The translations under genes were made by a program, and so were the position numbers. A stretch of 64,000 nucleotides of DNA. Source: Planctomycetota bacterium. GTDB taxonomy: Bacteria; Planctomycetota; UBA1135; UBA2386. Location: contig NYVR01000091.1 of NCBI GenBank assembly GCA_002684655.1, forward strand, positions 1,452-65,451, in the 5' to 3' direction. The notes under the pieces were generated by a model. The model worked only from the letters and a program-made list of their open reading frames with translations. It made no database searches and had not been told where the DNA came from. Below, in pieces: positions 52,536 through 60,825 of this stretch. Position 1 is the stretch's first letter, and the number at the start of each line of letters is the position of its first letter.

Positions 52536-53921
52536 TTGGCCGAAAAAACAGCATCGACCAGACAGCTCTTCTCGGCAGTAGCCGAGCATTCGAGCATTCT
52601 CGCCGCGCTCAGCGTGGCGGGTGTTTGGTCGCACGGGACAGAGTCGCCGACGAGCGACTGGCTGACCGCCTCGCTGGCTTCGGTCGCCTTGTTTCACGTC
52701 GGCTGGCTCCTCGTCGCGCGCCGCCTCGGAGCACATGCGGTCTCGCCGTCGAGAGACCTGGCCTACTCGGTGGCGCGCACGATGGAGTCATGGGCGACGA
52801 CATGGGGACTCGCGGGGCTGCTCGCCGTGACGACGATCGCGCCTGACGGCTTCCAAGTCTGGCTCGCGCTGCTCGCCGGAGCCGCCATGTTGTGCGCGCT
52901 GCGGTTCGCGACCTCCTTTAGTCAGGTAGGCCGCCTCGCTGGGCGCGCTCGTGCGATCGTCATTGGGAGCTGCCCGAGCGCGCGCGCGCTCACCTCCACT
53001 TCAGACGCTGAAGGGGCCTTCCACTTGTGCGGCTTCGTCCCCTTCGCGAGCGAAGACCCCAAGCAGATGCCTCACCTTAAGCAGCTCGGCGCGCTGCAAG
53101 ACTTGTCCAGCCTGATCCGCGCCCACAAGGTAGACGTCGCCCTCGTCAGTCCCTCGGACGACGCTGTCACCCGGGAGGTCCACCAAGTGATGGACACGTG
53201 TGAGGCGCTCGGCATCCAAACGCAGTATTTCCCTTCCTTCCTCGACGTCGCAGACATGCGTGTCGGCATCACGTGGAGCGCGAGTCGGCCCGGCCTCAAC
53301 GTCCAAAAGGTCGGCAAAACGTCTTTTGAAGCGGCCTGCAAACGGTTCATCGACGTCGTCGGCGCCGCCGCAGGCATCGTCGTGCTGACGCCCGTGCTGC
53401 TAGCTTGCGCCCTCATCGTCAAGCTCAACAGCCGCGGGCCGATCCTCTACAGCCAGACGCGGGTCGGCAGGCTCGGGCGAACGTTCCGCTGCCTGAAGTT
53501 CCGCACGATGCACGTCGGCGCCCAAGAGATGCAGGAGCTGCTGCGCTCCGAGAGCATCCAGGACGGCCCGGCTTTCAAGCTGGACAGCGACCCGCGCGTC
53601 ACGCGGGTCGGCAAGGTCCTGCGCAAGTTCAGCCTCGATGAACTGCCGCAGCTATTCAACGTGCTCAAGGGCGACATGAGCTTGGTCGGCCCCCGCCCGC
53701 CGATGCCGAGCGAGGTCGAAAAATACGCCTGGTGGCAGCGCCGGCGCATCTCGATCAAGCCCGGTCTGACCTGCATCTGGCAGGTCTACGGACGCAACCG
53801 CGTTTCGTTCAAGCGCTGGGTCGAGATGGACCTCTTCTACATCGACAACTGGTCGCTGTGGTTGGACATCAAGCTGATCTTGAAGACCGTTCGGGTCGTC
53901 TTCAGCGGCACCGGCATGTAG
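52536..53921 (+). CDS. Priming polyprenyl glycosylphosphotransferase (WcaJ/WbaP-type sugar transferase)
   Basis: N-terminal TMs, Rossmann-like AIVIGS, KRFIDV, KFRTM, DPRVTRVG..LRKFSLDELPQLFNVLKGDMSLVGPRP, KPGLT. The true start may be ATG 52481 across the C9 frameshift. Confidence 0.92.
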   Translation: MAEKTASTRQLFSAVAEHSSILAALSVAGVWSHGTESPTSDWLTASLASVALFHVGWLLVARRLGAHAVSPSRDLAYSVARTMESWATTWGLAGLLAVTTIAPDGFQVWLALLAGAAMLCALRFATSFSQVGRLAGRARAIVIGSCPSARALTSTSDAEGAFHLCGFVPFASEDPKQMPHLKQLGALQDLSSLIRAHKVDVALVSPSDDAVTREVHQVMDTCEALGIQTQYFPSFLDVADMRVGITWSASRPGLNVQKVGKTSFEAACKRFIDVVGAAAGIVVLTPVLLACALIVKLNSRGPILYSQTRVGRLGRTFRCLKFRTMHVGAQEMQELLRSESIQDGPAFKLDSDPRVTRVGKVLRKFSLDELPQLFNVLKGDMSLVGPRPPMPSEVEKYAWWQRRRISIKPGLTCIWQVYGRNRVSFKRWVEMDLFYIDNWSLWLDIKLILKTVRVVFSGTGM

Positions 53922-53927
53922 TCACGG

Positions 53928-53948
53928 CGCGCGCGGTCACCGCGCGCG
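53928..53948. terminator. GC-rich inverted repeat at the junction of convergent genes
   Basis: CGCGCGCGGT-C-ACCGCGCGCG palindrome spanning the pepP stop; no U-tract. Confidence 0.3.
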
Positions 53949-55274
53949 ACGCATCAACGCCTCGATGTCACGCACCGCCTTCGGCGCGGCCGCGGTTAAC
54001 ACGACAGGCCCTGACTTCGTGATCAACACGTCGTCCTCAATCCGCACGCCGATCCCCCGGAGTTCGCGCGCGACGTCGCGGTCGTCCCGCGCGAAGTAAA
54101 GCCCCGGCTCGACCGTCAGCACAGCGCCGACTGGCATCGTCACCGGGCGGCCCTGCGCGTCTTCGTAGCCGCCGACGTCGTGCACGTCTCGCCCGATCCA
54201 GTGGCTCGTCCCGTGCATGTAGAACGGGCGATAAGCGTCGGCTTTGACGAGCGACGCGGGATCGCCACGCAGCACGCCTAGGTCGACGAGGCCCTTTGTC
54301 AGCGCGCGCACGCATGCGCGGTGCGGGCGGTCCCACGCGGCGCCGGGCTTGCACGCGCGGATCCCGGCCGCGAGCGCCCGCAAGACGACCTGATAGACGG
54401 CTTTTTGGGGGTCAGAGAACACGCCGTTGACCGGGAAGGTCCGCGTAACGTCGCCGGTGAGCCCCTCGATCTCAGCGCCCGCATCGATCAGGAGCAGGTC
54501 ACCGCTGCGCATCCGACGATCGTTCTCGTGGTAGTGCAACACGCACGCGTTCGCGCCGCTCGCGACGATCGACGGATAGCCGTTACGCGGGCTGCCGGCG
54601 TCGCGAAACACCTTCTCTAACGCCGCCTGGGTCTCGTACTCATACATCCCCGGTCGCGTCACGGTCATCGCAGCGACGTGACCGGCGCAGGTGATCGCGG
54701 CGGCGCGCCGCATCGCGTCTTGCTCTGCCGCGTCCTTAACCAGGCGCTGCGCAGCGAGGGCGGGGCGGGGATCCCGCAGCGTCGGATGCGCCGGCAGACG
54801 TCGCTTACGGCGGCGCTGCGCGACGGCCCCGAAGACCTCGAACAGGCGGCGATCAAAGTCAGCGTCGCGGCCGAACGTGTGCCACAGCGACCCATCGTTC
54901 GAGATCATCTCCGGCAGGTCTGACCACAGCTCATCGATCGGGCGGGCCTCGTCAACGCCGAAGCGCTGCTGCGCCCCGCGAGTGCCGAAGCGCCGCCCGT
55001 CCCAAATCTCGCGGGTCTTATCGCGCGGGCGAACGAACAGCACGGCCCGATGTCGGCGACGGTCAAGCCGCCACGCCACCAGCACGACCGAGGGCTCAGG
55101 GAAGCCCGTCAGGTAAAGCACGTCGGAGTCCGGACGGTAGTCGTTGAGGACGTCGCCGTTGCGGAGCGTCTCCGGCGCGCCGGGCAGGATGAGGACGCCG
55201 TCCCCGAGGGTGTTCAGCAGGCGCTGTCGGCGCGCGCGATGCAGAGAAGGATCCAGAGAAGCGTCTCGACTCAC
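53937..55274 (-). CDS. pepP: Xaa-Pro aminopeptidase
   Basis: YRPDSD..YLTGF.EP, LHYHEN, LIDAG, DVTRT, HGTSHWIG.DVHD, TVEPG, RIEDD. Confidence 0.94.
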   Translation of the reverse strand: MSRDASLDPSLHRARRQRLLNTLGDGVLILPGAPETLRNGDVLNDYRPDSDVLYLTGFPEPSVVLVAWRLDRRRHRAVLFVRPRDKTREIWDGRRFGTRGAQQRFGVDEARPIDELWSDLPEMISNDGSLWHTFGRDADFDRRLFEVFGAVAQRRRKRRLPAHPTLRDPRPALAAQRLVKDAAEQDAMRRAAAITCAGHVAAMTVTRPGMYEYETQAALEKVFRDAGSPRNGYPSIVASGANACVLHYHENDRRMRSGDLLLIDAGAEIEGLTGDVTRTFPVNGVFSDPQKAVYQVVLRALAAGIRACKPGAAWDRPHRACVRALTKGLVDLGVLRGDPASLVKADAYRPFYMHGTSHWIGRDVHDVGGYEDAQGRPVTMPVGAVLTVEPGLYFARDDRDVARELRGIGVRIEDDVLITKSGPVVLTAAAPKAVRDIEALMRRAR

Positions 55275-55385
55275 GGCGGCCGAGTTTCCCCGCTCGCCGC
55301 GCGCCGGCGCAAGGGCGCCGTGACCGGATCCGCCGCTAGGCGGAGCCGGTGACCGCGGGCAAGACGGCCGAGACCGCCCGCGCCG

Positions 55386-55847
55386 CTAGAAGAACGGCAC
55401 CTCGACGAACACGTCTGGTTGGTCCCAGCTCAAGGGCACCTCCACGAACATCGGCGAGAAGCCGACCGCGTCGATCTCAAGCACGACCAGGACCTCGTCC
55501 TCGTAGAACTCAGGGCCGATGACGGCGGCGCCGGTGCTGTCCTCGAAGAAGCCGACCTCCGCGTCGGCGAGCAAGTATTCGTCGATCAGCACGCGCCCCG
55601 AGCTGTCCGTTAGGAACCAGTCGAAGTAAGGGCTGACGCAGGTGCAGCCCGACCACTCCTGGTCCGCCTCCACGACGCGCACGGAGACGTTCTCCCACGC
55701 GAGGTTCGTGACCGGGTCGTAGACCTCGACGAGGACCGAGGTGAGGCGGGGTTGTTCGACCACCACCACCGTCGCGCGCCGGGACCTGCCGCCGCAGGCG
55801 GACAAGAGCAGGGTTACTGAGAGGAGTATCCAGGTTGGCAAGCGCAT
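55386..55847 (-). CDS. Hypothetical acidic beta-rich lipoprotein
   Basis: SD GGAG upstream; lipobox LSAC; transthyretin/prealbumin-like TDSSG motif. Confidence 0.75.
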   Translation of the reverse strand: MRLPTWILLSVTLLLSACGGRSRRATVVVVEQPRLTSVLVEVYDPVTNLAWENVSVRVVEADQEWSGCTCVSPYFDWFLTDSSGRVLIDEYLLADAEVGFFEDSTGAAVIGPEFYEDEVLVVLEIDAVGFSPMFVEVPLSWDQPDVFVEVPFF

Positions 55848-55879
55848 TGTTTTGTCTCCGGGGGAAGCGGGGTTCCTAG

Positions 55880-55895
55880 AGCAAGGATCGTGCCG
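55880..55895 (-). promoter_or_regulatory. Sigma54 (-24/-12) promoter
   Basis: Minus strand reads CGGCACG-ATCC-TTGCT versus consensus TGGCACG-N4-TTGC(A/T), ending 32 nt upstream of the lipoprotein ATG. Confidence 0.7.
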
Positions 55896-56067
55896 CCGGG
55901 AGGCCTCCGTGGCCCCGCTGTCACGGGGAGCCGCGGCGCCGCTACGCGACAGGTGTCGCGTCAGCAGGACACCGAGAGCATCCTCCCGGCGACACGCGAT
56001 CCTTCAGCGCAAGACAACGCCTGGCGTGGCGTGTTTCACCTCGATTCGGAGCCGCCGACGCCGCGCG

Positions 56068-57399
56068 TCACCGCTGCCGGCGCAGCTCGTCGTGCTCGCT
56101 CATCCGCTCGGCGATCCGCTGTTCAAAGCCTCGGCCACCTGGCACGTAGAAGCGCGCGTCCTTCAGCGCCGCTGGTAAGCACTCCATCGCGGCGACGCCC
56201 GCCTCGGTGTCGTGCGCGTAGACGTAGCCCTTGCCGTGCCCGAGATCCTGCGAGAGCCCGCTGACCGCGTTCCGGAGGTGCGGCGGCACGGGGTGCTGCG
56301 ACCCTTCGCGCACTTCCCGCTGCGCCGCCGCGATGGCGCGGTAGACCGCGTTGCTCTTAGGCGCCGCCGCGAGATACACGACCGCCTCGGTCAACGGCAA
56401 GCGGCCTTCAGGCAGGCCGAGGAACTGAACGGCGCTGACCGCCGCCATCGCGACCTGCAGCGCCATCGGGTCCGCCAGCCCGACGTCTTCGGAAGCGACC
56501 GCGACGACGCGTCGCGCCGCGTGCATCGGGTCCGCGCCGGCCTCGAGCGCGCGCGCCAGCCAATAGACGGCAGCCTGCACGTCCGAGTTTCGCAGGCTCT
56601 TGTGCAGCGCCGAGAGCAAGTCGTAGTGCAGGTCGCCCGACTTGTCGTGCTGCAGCGCCCGGTGCTGGAACGCCTCGACGACCATCTCTTCCGAGATCTC
56701 ATCACCGTCGAGGCAGGTCGCGGCGCAGGCCTCAAGGCACACCAGCGATCGACGCGCGTCCCCTCCGGAGAGCGCCGCCAGCCGCTCGACCGCGGCATCG
56801 GCGATGGTCAGACGGCGCACGCCCAGGCCGCGCTCCTGATCCGCCAGCGCCTTGCGCACGAGCCCCGCGATACGAGCCGCATCCAAAGGCTGCAGCGGGA
56901 CGACGCGGCACCGCGAGAGCAGCGCGCCGTTGATCGAGAACGACGGGTTCTCCGTGGTCGCGCCGACGAGGACGATGTCGCCGCGCTCGACGTGCGGTAA
57001 GAACGCGTCCTGCTGCGCCTTGTTGAAACGGTGGATCTCGTCGACAAACAGCAGCGTGCCGCGTCCGTCGCGCTGACGTCGCTGCTTGGCTTCCGCGACC
57101 GCCTCGCGGACCTGCGCGACCCCGGACAACACCGCAGAGAACGGCTGAAAGTGCAGGTCGGCGTGCTTCGCGATCAGCAGGCCCAGCGTGGTCTTGCCGA
57201 CGCCCGGCGGGCCGAACAGCAGGAGCGACCCGGCGACGCCCTGCTCGATCGCCGCACGCAGCGCCCGCCCCTCGCCTAGCAGCTCATCCTGGCCGAGATA
57301 TTCGTCGAGGTCGGCCGGCCGCATCCGCTCGGCCAGCGGCGCGAGCGGCGCGCGCTTCGCGTCGCGGCCGTCTTCACTGATGTCGCCGAACAGCGTCAC
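56068..57399 (-). CDS. rarA: Replication-associated recombination protein A
   Basis: PLAERMRP, GPPGVGKTT, FVDEIHRFNKAQQD, GATTENPSF, SALHKSLRNSD, ASEDVGLADP. Confidence 0.95.
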   Translation of the reverse strand: MTLFGDISEDGRDAKRAPLAPLAERMRPADLDEYLGQDELLGEGRALRAAIEQGVAGSLLLFGPPGVGKTTLGLLIAKHADLHFQPFSAVLSGVAQVREAVAEAKQRRQRDGRGTLLFVDEIHRFNKAQQDAFLPHVERGDIVLVGATTENPSFSINGALLSRCRVVPLQPLDAARIAGLVRKALADQERGLGVRRLTIADAAVERLAALSGGDARRSLVCLEACAATCLDGDEISEEMVVEAFQHRALQHDKSGDLHYDLLSALHKSLRNSDVQAAVYWLARALEAGADPMHAARRVVAVASEDVGLADPMALQVAMAAVSAVQFLGLPEGRLPLTEAVVYLAAAPKSNAVYRAIAAAQREVREGSQHPVPPHLRNAVSGLSQDLGHGKGYVYAHDTEAGVAAMECLPAALKDARFYVPGGRGFEQRIAERMSEHDELRRQR

Positions 57400-58193
57400 G
57401 CGTCAGTCCGCTGTCGCTGCGCCTCAAACAACAGGACGCCTGCCGCCACGGCGACGTTCAGGCTCTCGACCGGAGGATGGAGCGGGATCCGCACGTGGGC
57501 GTCCGCCGCGTCGAGCCACTCGGAGTCGACGCCGCCAGCCTCGGCGCCGAGGACCAGCATCGAAGGCCGCCGCAGATCTGCCTGCGTGTGGGAGCACGGG
57601 CCCCTTCCGTCGGCGACCACGAGCTGCAGCCGCTGACGGCGCGCGAACGCGATCGCATCGGCCGCGGTCATGCCGTGCGTGACCGGCAGCCGGAACACGG
57701 AGCCCATCGAGCCTCGAACGGCCTTCTCGCGGAACGGGTCCGCGCCGCCGCGCAGCGTCAAGCAACCCGTCGCGCCAGCAGCCTCGGCGGTGCGCACCAC
57801 CGCGCCGACGTTGCCGGGGTCGCGGAGACCGGCCGCCGCGACGACCAGCGGCGCGAGCTCTTCACCGAGCAGCGCGCGCTCGTCGTACGAAGGGCGACGA
57901 ATCAGCGCCGCCACGCCTTGCGGCGTGTCGAGCGCGCTCATGCGCGCGAGCACCGCGTCCGAGACGTCGAGGAACGAGCCCGCGCGCTCCGCCAAGGCGT
58001 CGCGCAGGTCGACGTCGTTCAGCTTCGGCGAGACGGCCGCCTCGACGACCTCTCCGCCCGCCCGGACAGCGTCCCAGACGAGCCGCACCCCCTCGGCGAG
58101 CATCAGGCCCGCGGCCTTGCCGGCGGCCGCTTCGCGGAAGCGCTGCACGGCTGGGTTCTTGGCCGACGTCAAGGACTTGGACTTGTGCGCCAT
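57396..58193 (-). CDS. TrmH/SpoU-family RNA methyltransferase
   Basis: ATG 58193; RDPGNVGAVVRTAEAAG, RGSMGS, LGAEAGG, ESLNVAVAAG. Confidence 0.92.
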   Translation of the reverse strand: MAHKSKSLTSAKNPAVQRFREAAAGKAAGLMLAEGVRLVWDAVRAGGEVVEAAVSPKLNDVDLRDALAERAGSFLDVSDAVLARMSALDTPQGVAALIRRPSYDERALLGEELAPLVVAAAGLRDPGNVGAVVRTAEAAGATGCLTLRGGADPFREKAVRGSMGSVFRLPVTHGMTAADAIAFARRQRLQLVVADGRGPCSHTQADLRRPSMLVLGAEAGGVDSEWLDAADAHVRIPLHPPVESLNVAVAAGVLLFEAQRQRTDA

Positions 58194-58619
58194 CGCCCCA
58201 TGATGGCCGCGCGCCGCGACGGGTTCTATCAGCGAATCACCGCGGAGCGCCGCGGCCTGCGCGCAACGGCAGCGCGCGCCCAGCACACCAGCGAACCCGG
58301 GGCAGACGCATCCGAGCGCGAGCAGCGCGCCGGCGTCGCCTCATCACGTGTCACGCTCCGCGCGCCGTCTGCCGAGGGCCAGCGAGTTGGTTGAGGTCAT
58401 GGCAGCGGCACGCGGGATCCCCCGCTCGGACCGTAACGGAATCGCCACGTAAGGCATCGAGGCGTGGGCCATCTCGCTCGGCGAGGTATCCTGGGCCACA
58501 CTCGGAGCGGTCGGCGGCTCCCCCTGCAGCTTCGATCGCCACCGCGTCGCGAACCCCACGATGAGCCTGATCTCTCGACAGACCCAGCACGACGCCCGCC
58601 TGCTTACAGGAGGCCTTCT

Positions 58620-59222
58620 TTGAAGTTTTGCAGCGCATGCGGCGGCCGCTTGGAAGACAAGGTGCCGCCAGGCGACGATCGGGTGCGGCGGTGGTGCCCG
58701 GCCTGTGAGGTCGCGCACTACAAAAACCCGCTGGTCGTCGTCGGCTGCTTGGTCGAGCGCGGTGACGAGCTGCTGCTTTGTCGACGAGCGATCGAACCGG
58801 CGTACGGAAAGTGGACCGTACCGGCTGGCTTCCTGGAGCTCGGCGAGACCTTGGCCGACGGCGCCGCGCGCGAGACCCGCGAAGAGGCGGGCGCGCACGT
58901 GGAGGTCCTAGCGCCGCACAGTCACCTCGACCTGACGCACATCGGCCAGCACTACGCCATGTTCCGCGCGCGCCTGACGGCGCCAGACATCAAGGCCGGC
59001 GTCGAGAGCCTCGAGTGCGCGTGGGTGCGCCGCGACGACATACCGTGGGACGAGCTGGCGTTCCCTGCGGTCCACTTCGCGCTGCGGCTCTTGTTTGACG
59101 ACCAGGACGCCGGGGTGGCGCACGTGCACCACGGCCAGATTCGATGGAGCGGCGCTGGATCGCGCTTCTCGGCGACCAACTATGAGCTCGCAGACCACCT
59201 CCGAACGCCGGTGCGGCCATGA
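58620..59222 (+). CDS. Zinc-ribbon NUDIX hydrolase
   Basis: AGGAGG SD then TTG 58620; FCSACG..CPAC zinc ribbon; GFLELGETLADGAARETREEAG Nudix box. Confidence 0.9.
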   Translation: MKFCSACGGRLEDKVPPGDDRVRRWCPACEVAHYKNPLVVVGCLVERGDELLLCRRAIEPAYGKWTVPAGFLELGETLADGAARETREEAGAHVEVLAPHSHLDLTHIGQHYAMFRARLTAPDIKAGVESLECAWVRRDDIPWDELAFPAVHFALRLLFDDQDAGVAHVHHGQIRWSGAGSRFSATNYELADHLRTPVRP

Positions 59223-59316
59223 CATCGCCACCCCCTAGACGAAGGGGGAGTCGCCCCCCTATCCTCAGAGCACGCAGCCACGACCGGCTGCTGCCCCTTA
59301 CAAGGATCCCATCTTT

Positions 59317-59646
59317 ATGAAGCTCCCCGCAATGCTCGGAGTCCTCGCGCTCGCGTTCGCGCTGGTCGCCTGTGGCTCACCCGCGAGCGAAGGCGCCAAC
59401 GCGGCGCCCTCCTCTGCCGACGCGAACGCCACGTCCAGCGCCCACCTCGTCCTCGAGAGCGCGCCCGATTGAAACGGCTGCGTCGCCACCGTGCGTGGCG
59501 CCATCCGCAAGCTCCCGGGCATCGGCGAGATCGACGTCAAGGCTGGCAAGGCTGAGATCCGGGTCACCTACAACCCCGACGTGACCGACGTCGACAAGCT
59601 GCTCGCCGGCATGGAAGCAGCGGGGCAGCCTGCCAAGCGGCAGTAG
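59317..59646 (+). CDS. HMA (MerP/CopZ-like) domain lipoprotein, candidate selenoprotein (UGA at 59470-59472; D-U-N-G-C)
   Basis: Absent from the ORF track. ATG 59317: MKLPAMLGVLALAFALVAC (lipobox), linker, HLVLESAPD-U-NGCVATVRGAIRKLPGIGEIDV…IRVTYNPDVTDVDKLLAGMEAAG, TAG at 59644-59646. Confidence 0.85.
59475..59507 (+). promoter_or_regulatory. Candidate bacterial SECIS element
   Basis: Upper stem CGCCAC-CGUGC-GUGGCG starts 11 nt after the UGA; lower stem CGGCUG/CAUCCG has one mismatch. Confidence 0.6.
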
Positions 59647-59698
59647 CGACGGCGGCCCCGCAGCGCGCCCGGCTCGCCGCTGAGGACGCGCCCGCGTC

Positions 59699-60232
59699 AT
59701 GGCACACAACCACCGCGCGTCTCCGCCGGAGCCGACCATCGTCCGGTGGAGCGCCGCCACGCCTGCCGCCGCGACCGTGTTAGACGTCGCGGCCGGTCAC
59801 GGCCGCCACGCAGAGCTGTTCGCTGACCGCGGCTGCGCCGTCACCGCGGTCGACCGCGACGCGGCGGCGTTGCGGTCGGCGAACGACCCTCGGATCGAGG
59901 TCATCGAAGCCGACCTCGAGGGCGCGCCTTGGCCGTTCGGCGACCGGCGTTGGGACGTGGTCGTCGTGACCAACTACCTCTGGCGACCGCTGCTCGGCCA
60001 CCTCGCCGCGGCGCTCAGCGACGACGGCGCGCTGATGTATGAGACCTTCATGGTGGGCAACGAGCGCTACGGTCGCCCGCGCGACCCCGACTTCTTGCTC
60101 TGCCCCGGTGAGCTGTTGGCGTTCGCCGAGGCCAACGACCTGGAGGTCGTCGCGTTCTCCGAAGGCGAGGTCGGCGACCCGCCGCGCGCCGTCCGGCAGC
60201 GCCTACACGCCCGGCGGCGGCCCGTCGCGTAG
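59699..60232 (+). CDS. Class I SAM-dependent methyltransferase (TehB-like)
   Basis: VLDVAAGHGRH motif I, AVDRD, ADLE, VVVTNYLWRPL, YETF. Confidence 0.85.
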   Translation: MAHNHRASPPEPTIVRWSAATPAAATVLDVAAGHGRHAELFADRGCAVTAVDRDAAALRSANDPRIEVIEADLEGAPWPFGDRRWDVVVVTNYLWRPLLGHLAAALSDDGALMYETFMVGNERYGRPRDPDFLLCPGELLAFAEANDLEVVAFSEGEVGDPPRAVRQRLHARRRPVA

Positions 60233-60727
60233 CGCCCGCTCGTACCAGCTGACGTCGCGCCACCCGCCGAACTTGTAGCCGACGCGGCGGTAGACGCCGA
60301 CGAGCGTAAAGCCAAGGCGCTCGTGAAACGCGACGCTCGCGTCGTTGGGCATGGTGACGCCCGCGACGGCGTTGCAGTAGCCGCGCGCCGCGAGCCGATC
60401 AAACAGGCGCTGGTAGAGCTGCGCGCCGACGCCGCGGCCCTGCGCGCCGGCGGCGACGTACGCGGAGACCTCGGTGCTGAAGCGGTAGGCCGCCCGCTCG
60501 CGGTGCCGGACCCCGTAGGCGTAGCCGAGCAGCTCCCCGTCGGCGTCGGCGACCAGCCACTCGTGCTGCTCTTGCGCGCGCGCGACGCGCGCTGCGAGCT
60601 CCTCGGCAGTCGGCGTCACCAGCTCAAACGAGGCCCACGACTCCTCCACGTGCGGCCGGTAGATCTCGACCATCGCCGCAGCGTCTGCAGCGCAGGCTGG
60701 TCGGATCGTAAAGGCGGCGCCGCTCAT
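60203..60727 (-). CDS. GNAT N-acetyltransferase (phosphinothricin acetyltransferase / Pat-like)
   Basis: ATG 60727; ASFE..P, RERAAYRFSTE.S.YV, QGRGVG, PNDAS..FHERLGF, VGYKFGGWRDV. Confidence 0.9.
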   Translation of the reverse strand: MSGAAFTIRPACAADAAAMVEIYRPHVEESWASFELVTPTAEELAARVARAQEQHEWLVADADGELLGYAYGVRHRERAAYRFSTEVSAYVAAGAQGRGVGAQLYQRLFDRLAARGYCNAVAGVTMPNDASVAFHERLGFTLVGVYRRVGYKFGGWRDVSWYERALRDGPPPGV

Positions 60728-60825
60728 GATCGTTGAGGCTAGGTCCAGCTGCGCGCGGGGACACGTGCGAGACCTCGAATCCACCTGGATCGCCGCGGCC
60801 GGCGCGGCGTGATCACCCGCGCGCG

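Noticed and set aside
58194-58619. Possible structured ncRNA or small gene between trmH-like and NUDIX genes
   Set aside because: No tRNA, tmRNA, RNase P, SRP or 6S hallmark recognisable by eye, and the ORFs are unconvincing. An Rfam/Infernal search would settle it.
59298-59760. ORF-track calls 59298..59567(-), 59372..59584(+) and 59377..59760(-)
   Set aside because: Better explained as shadows of the TGA-containing HMA lipoprotein gene at 59317-59646.
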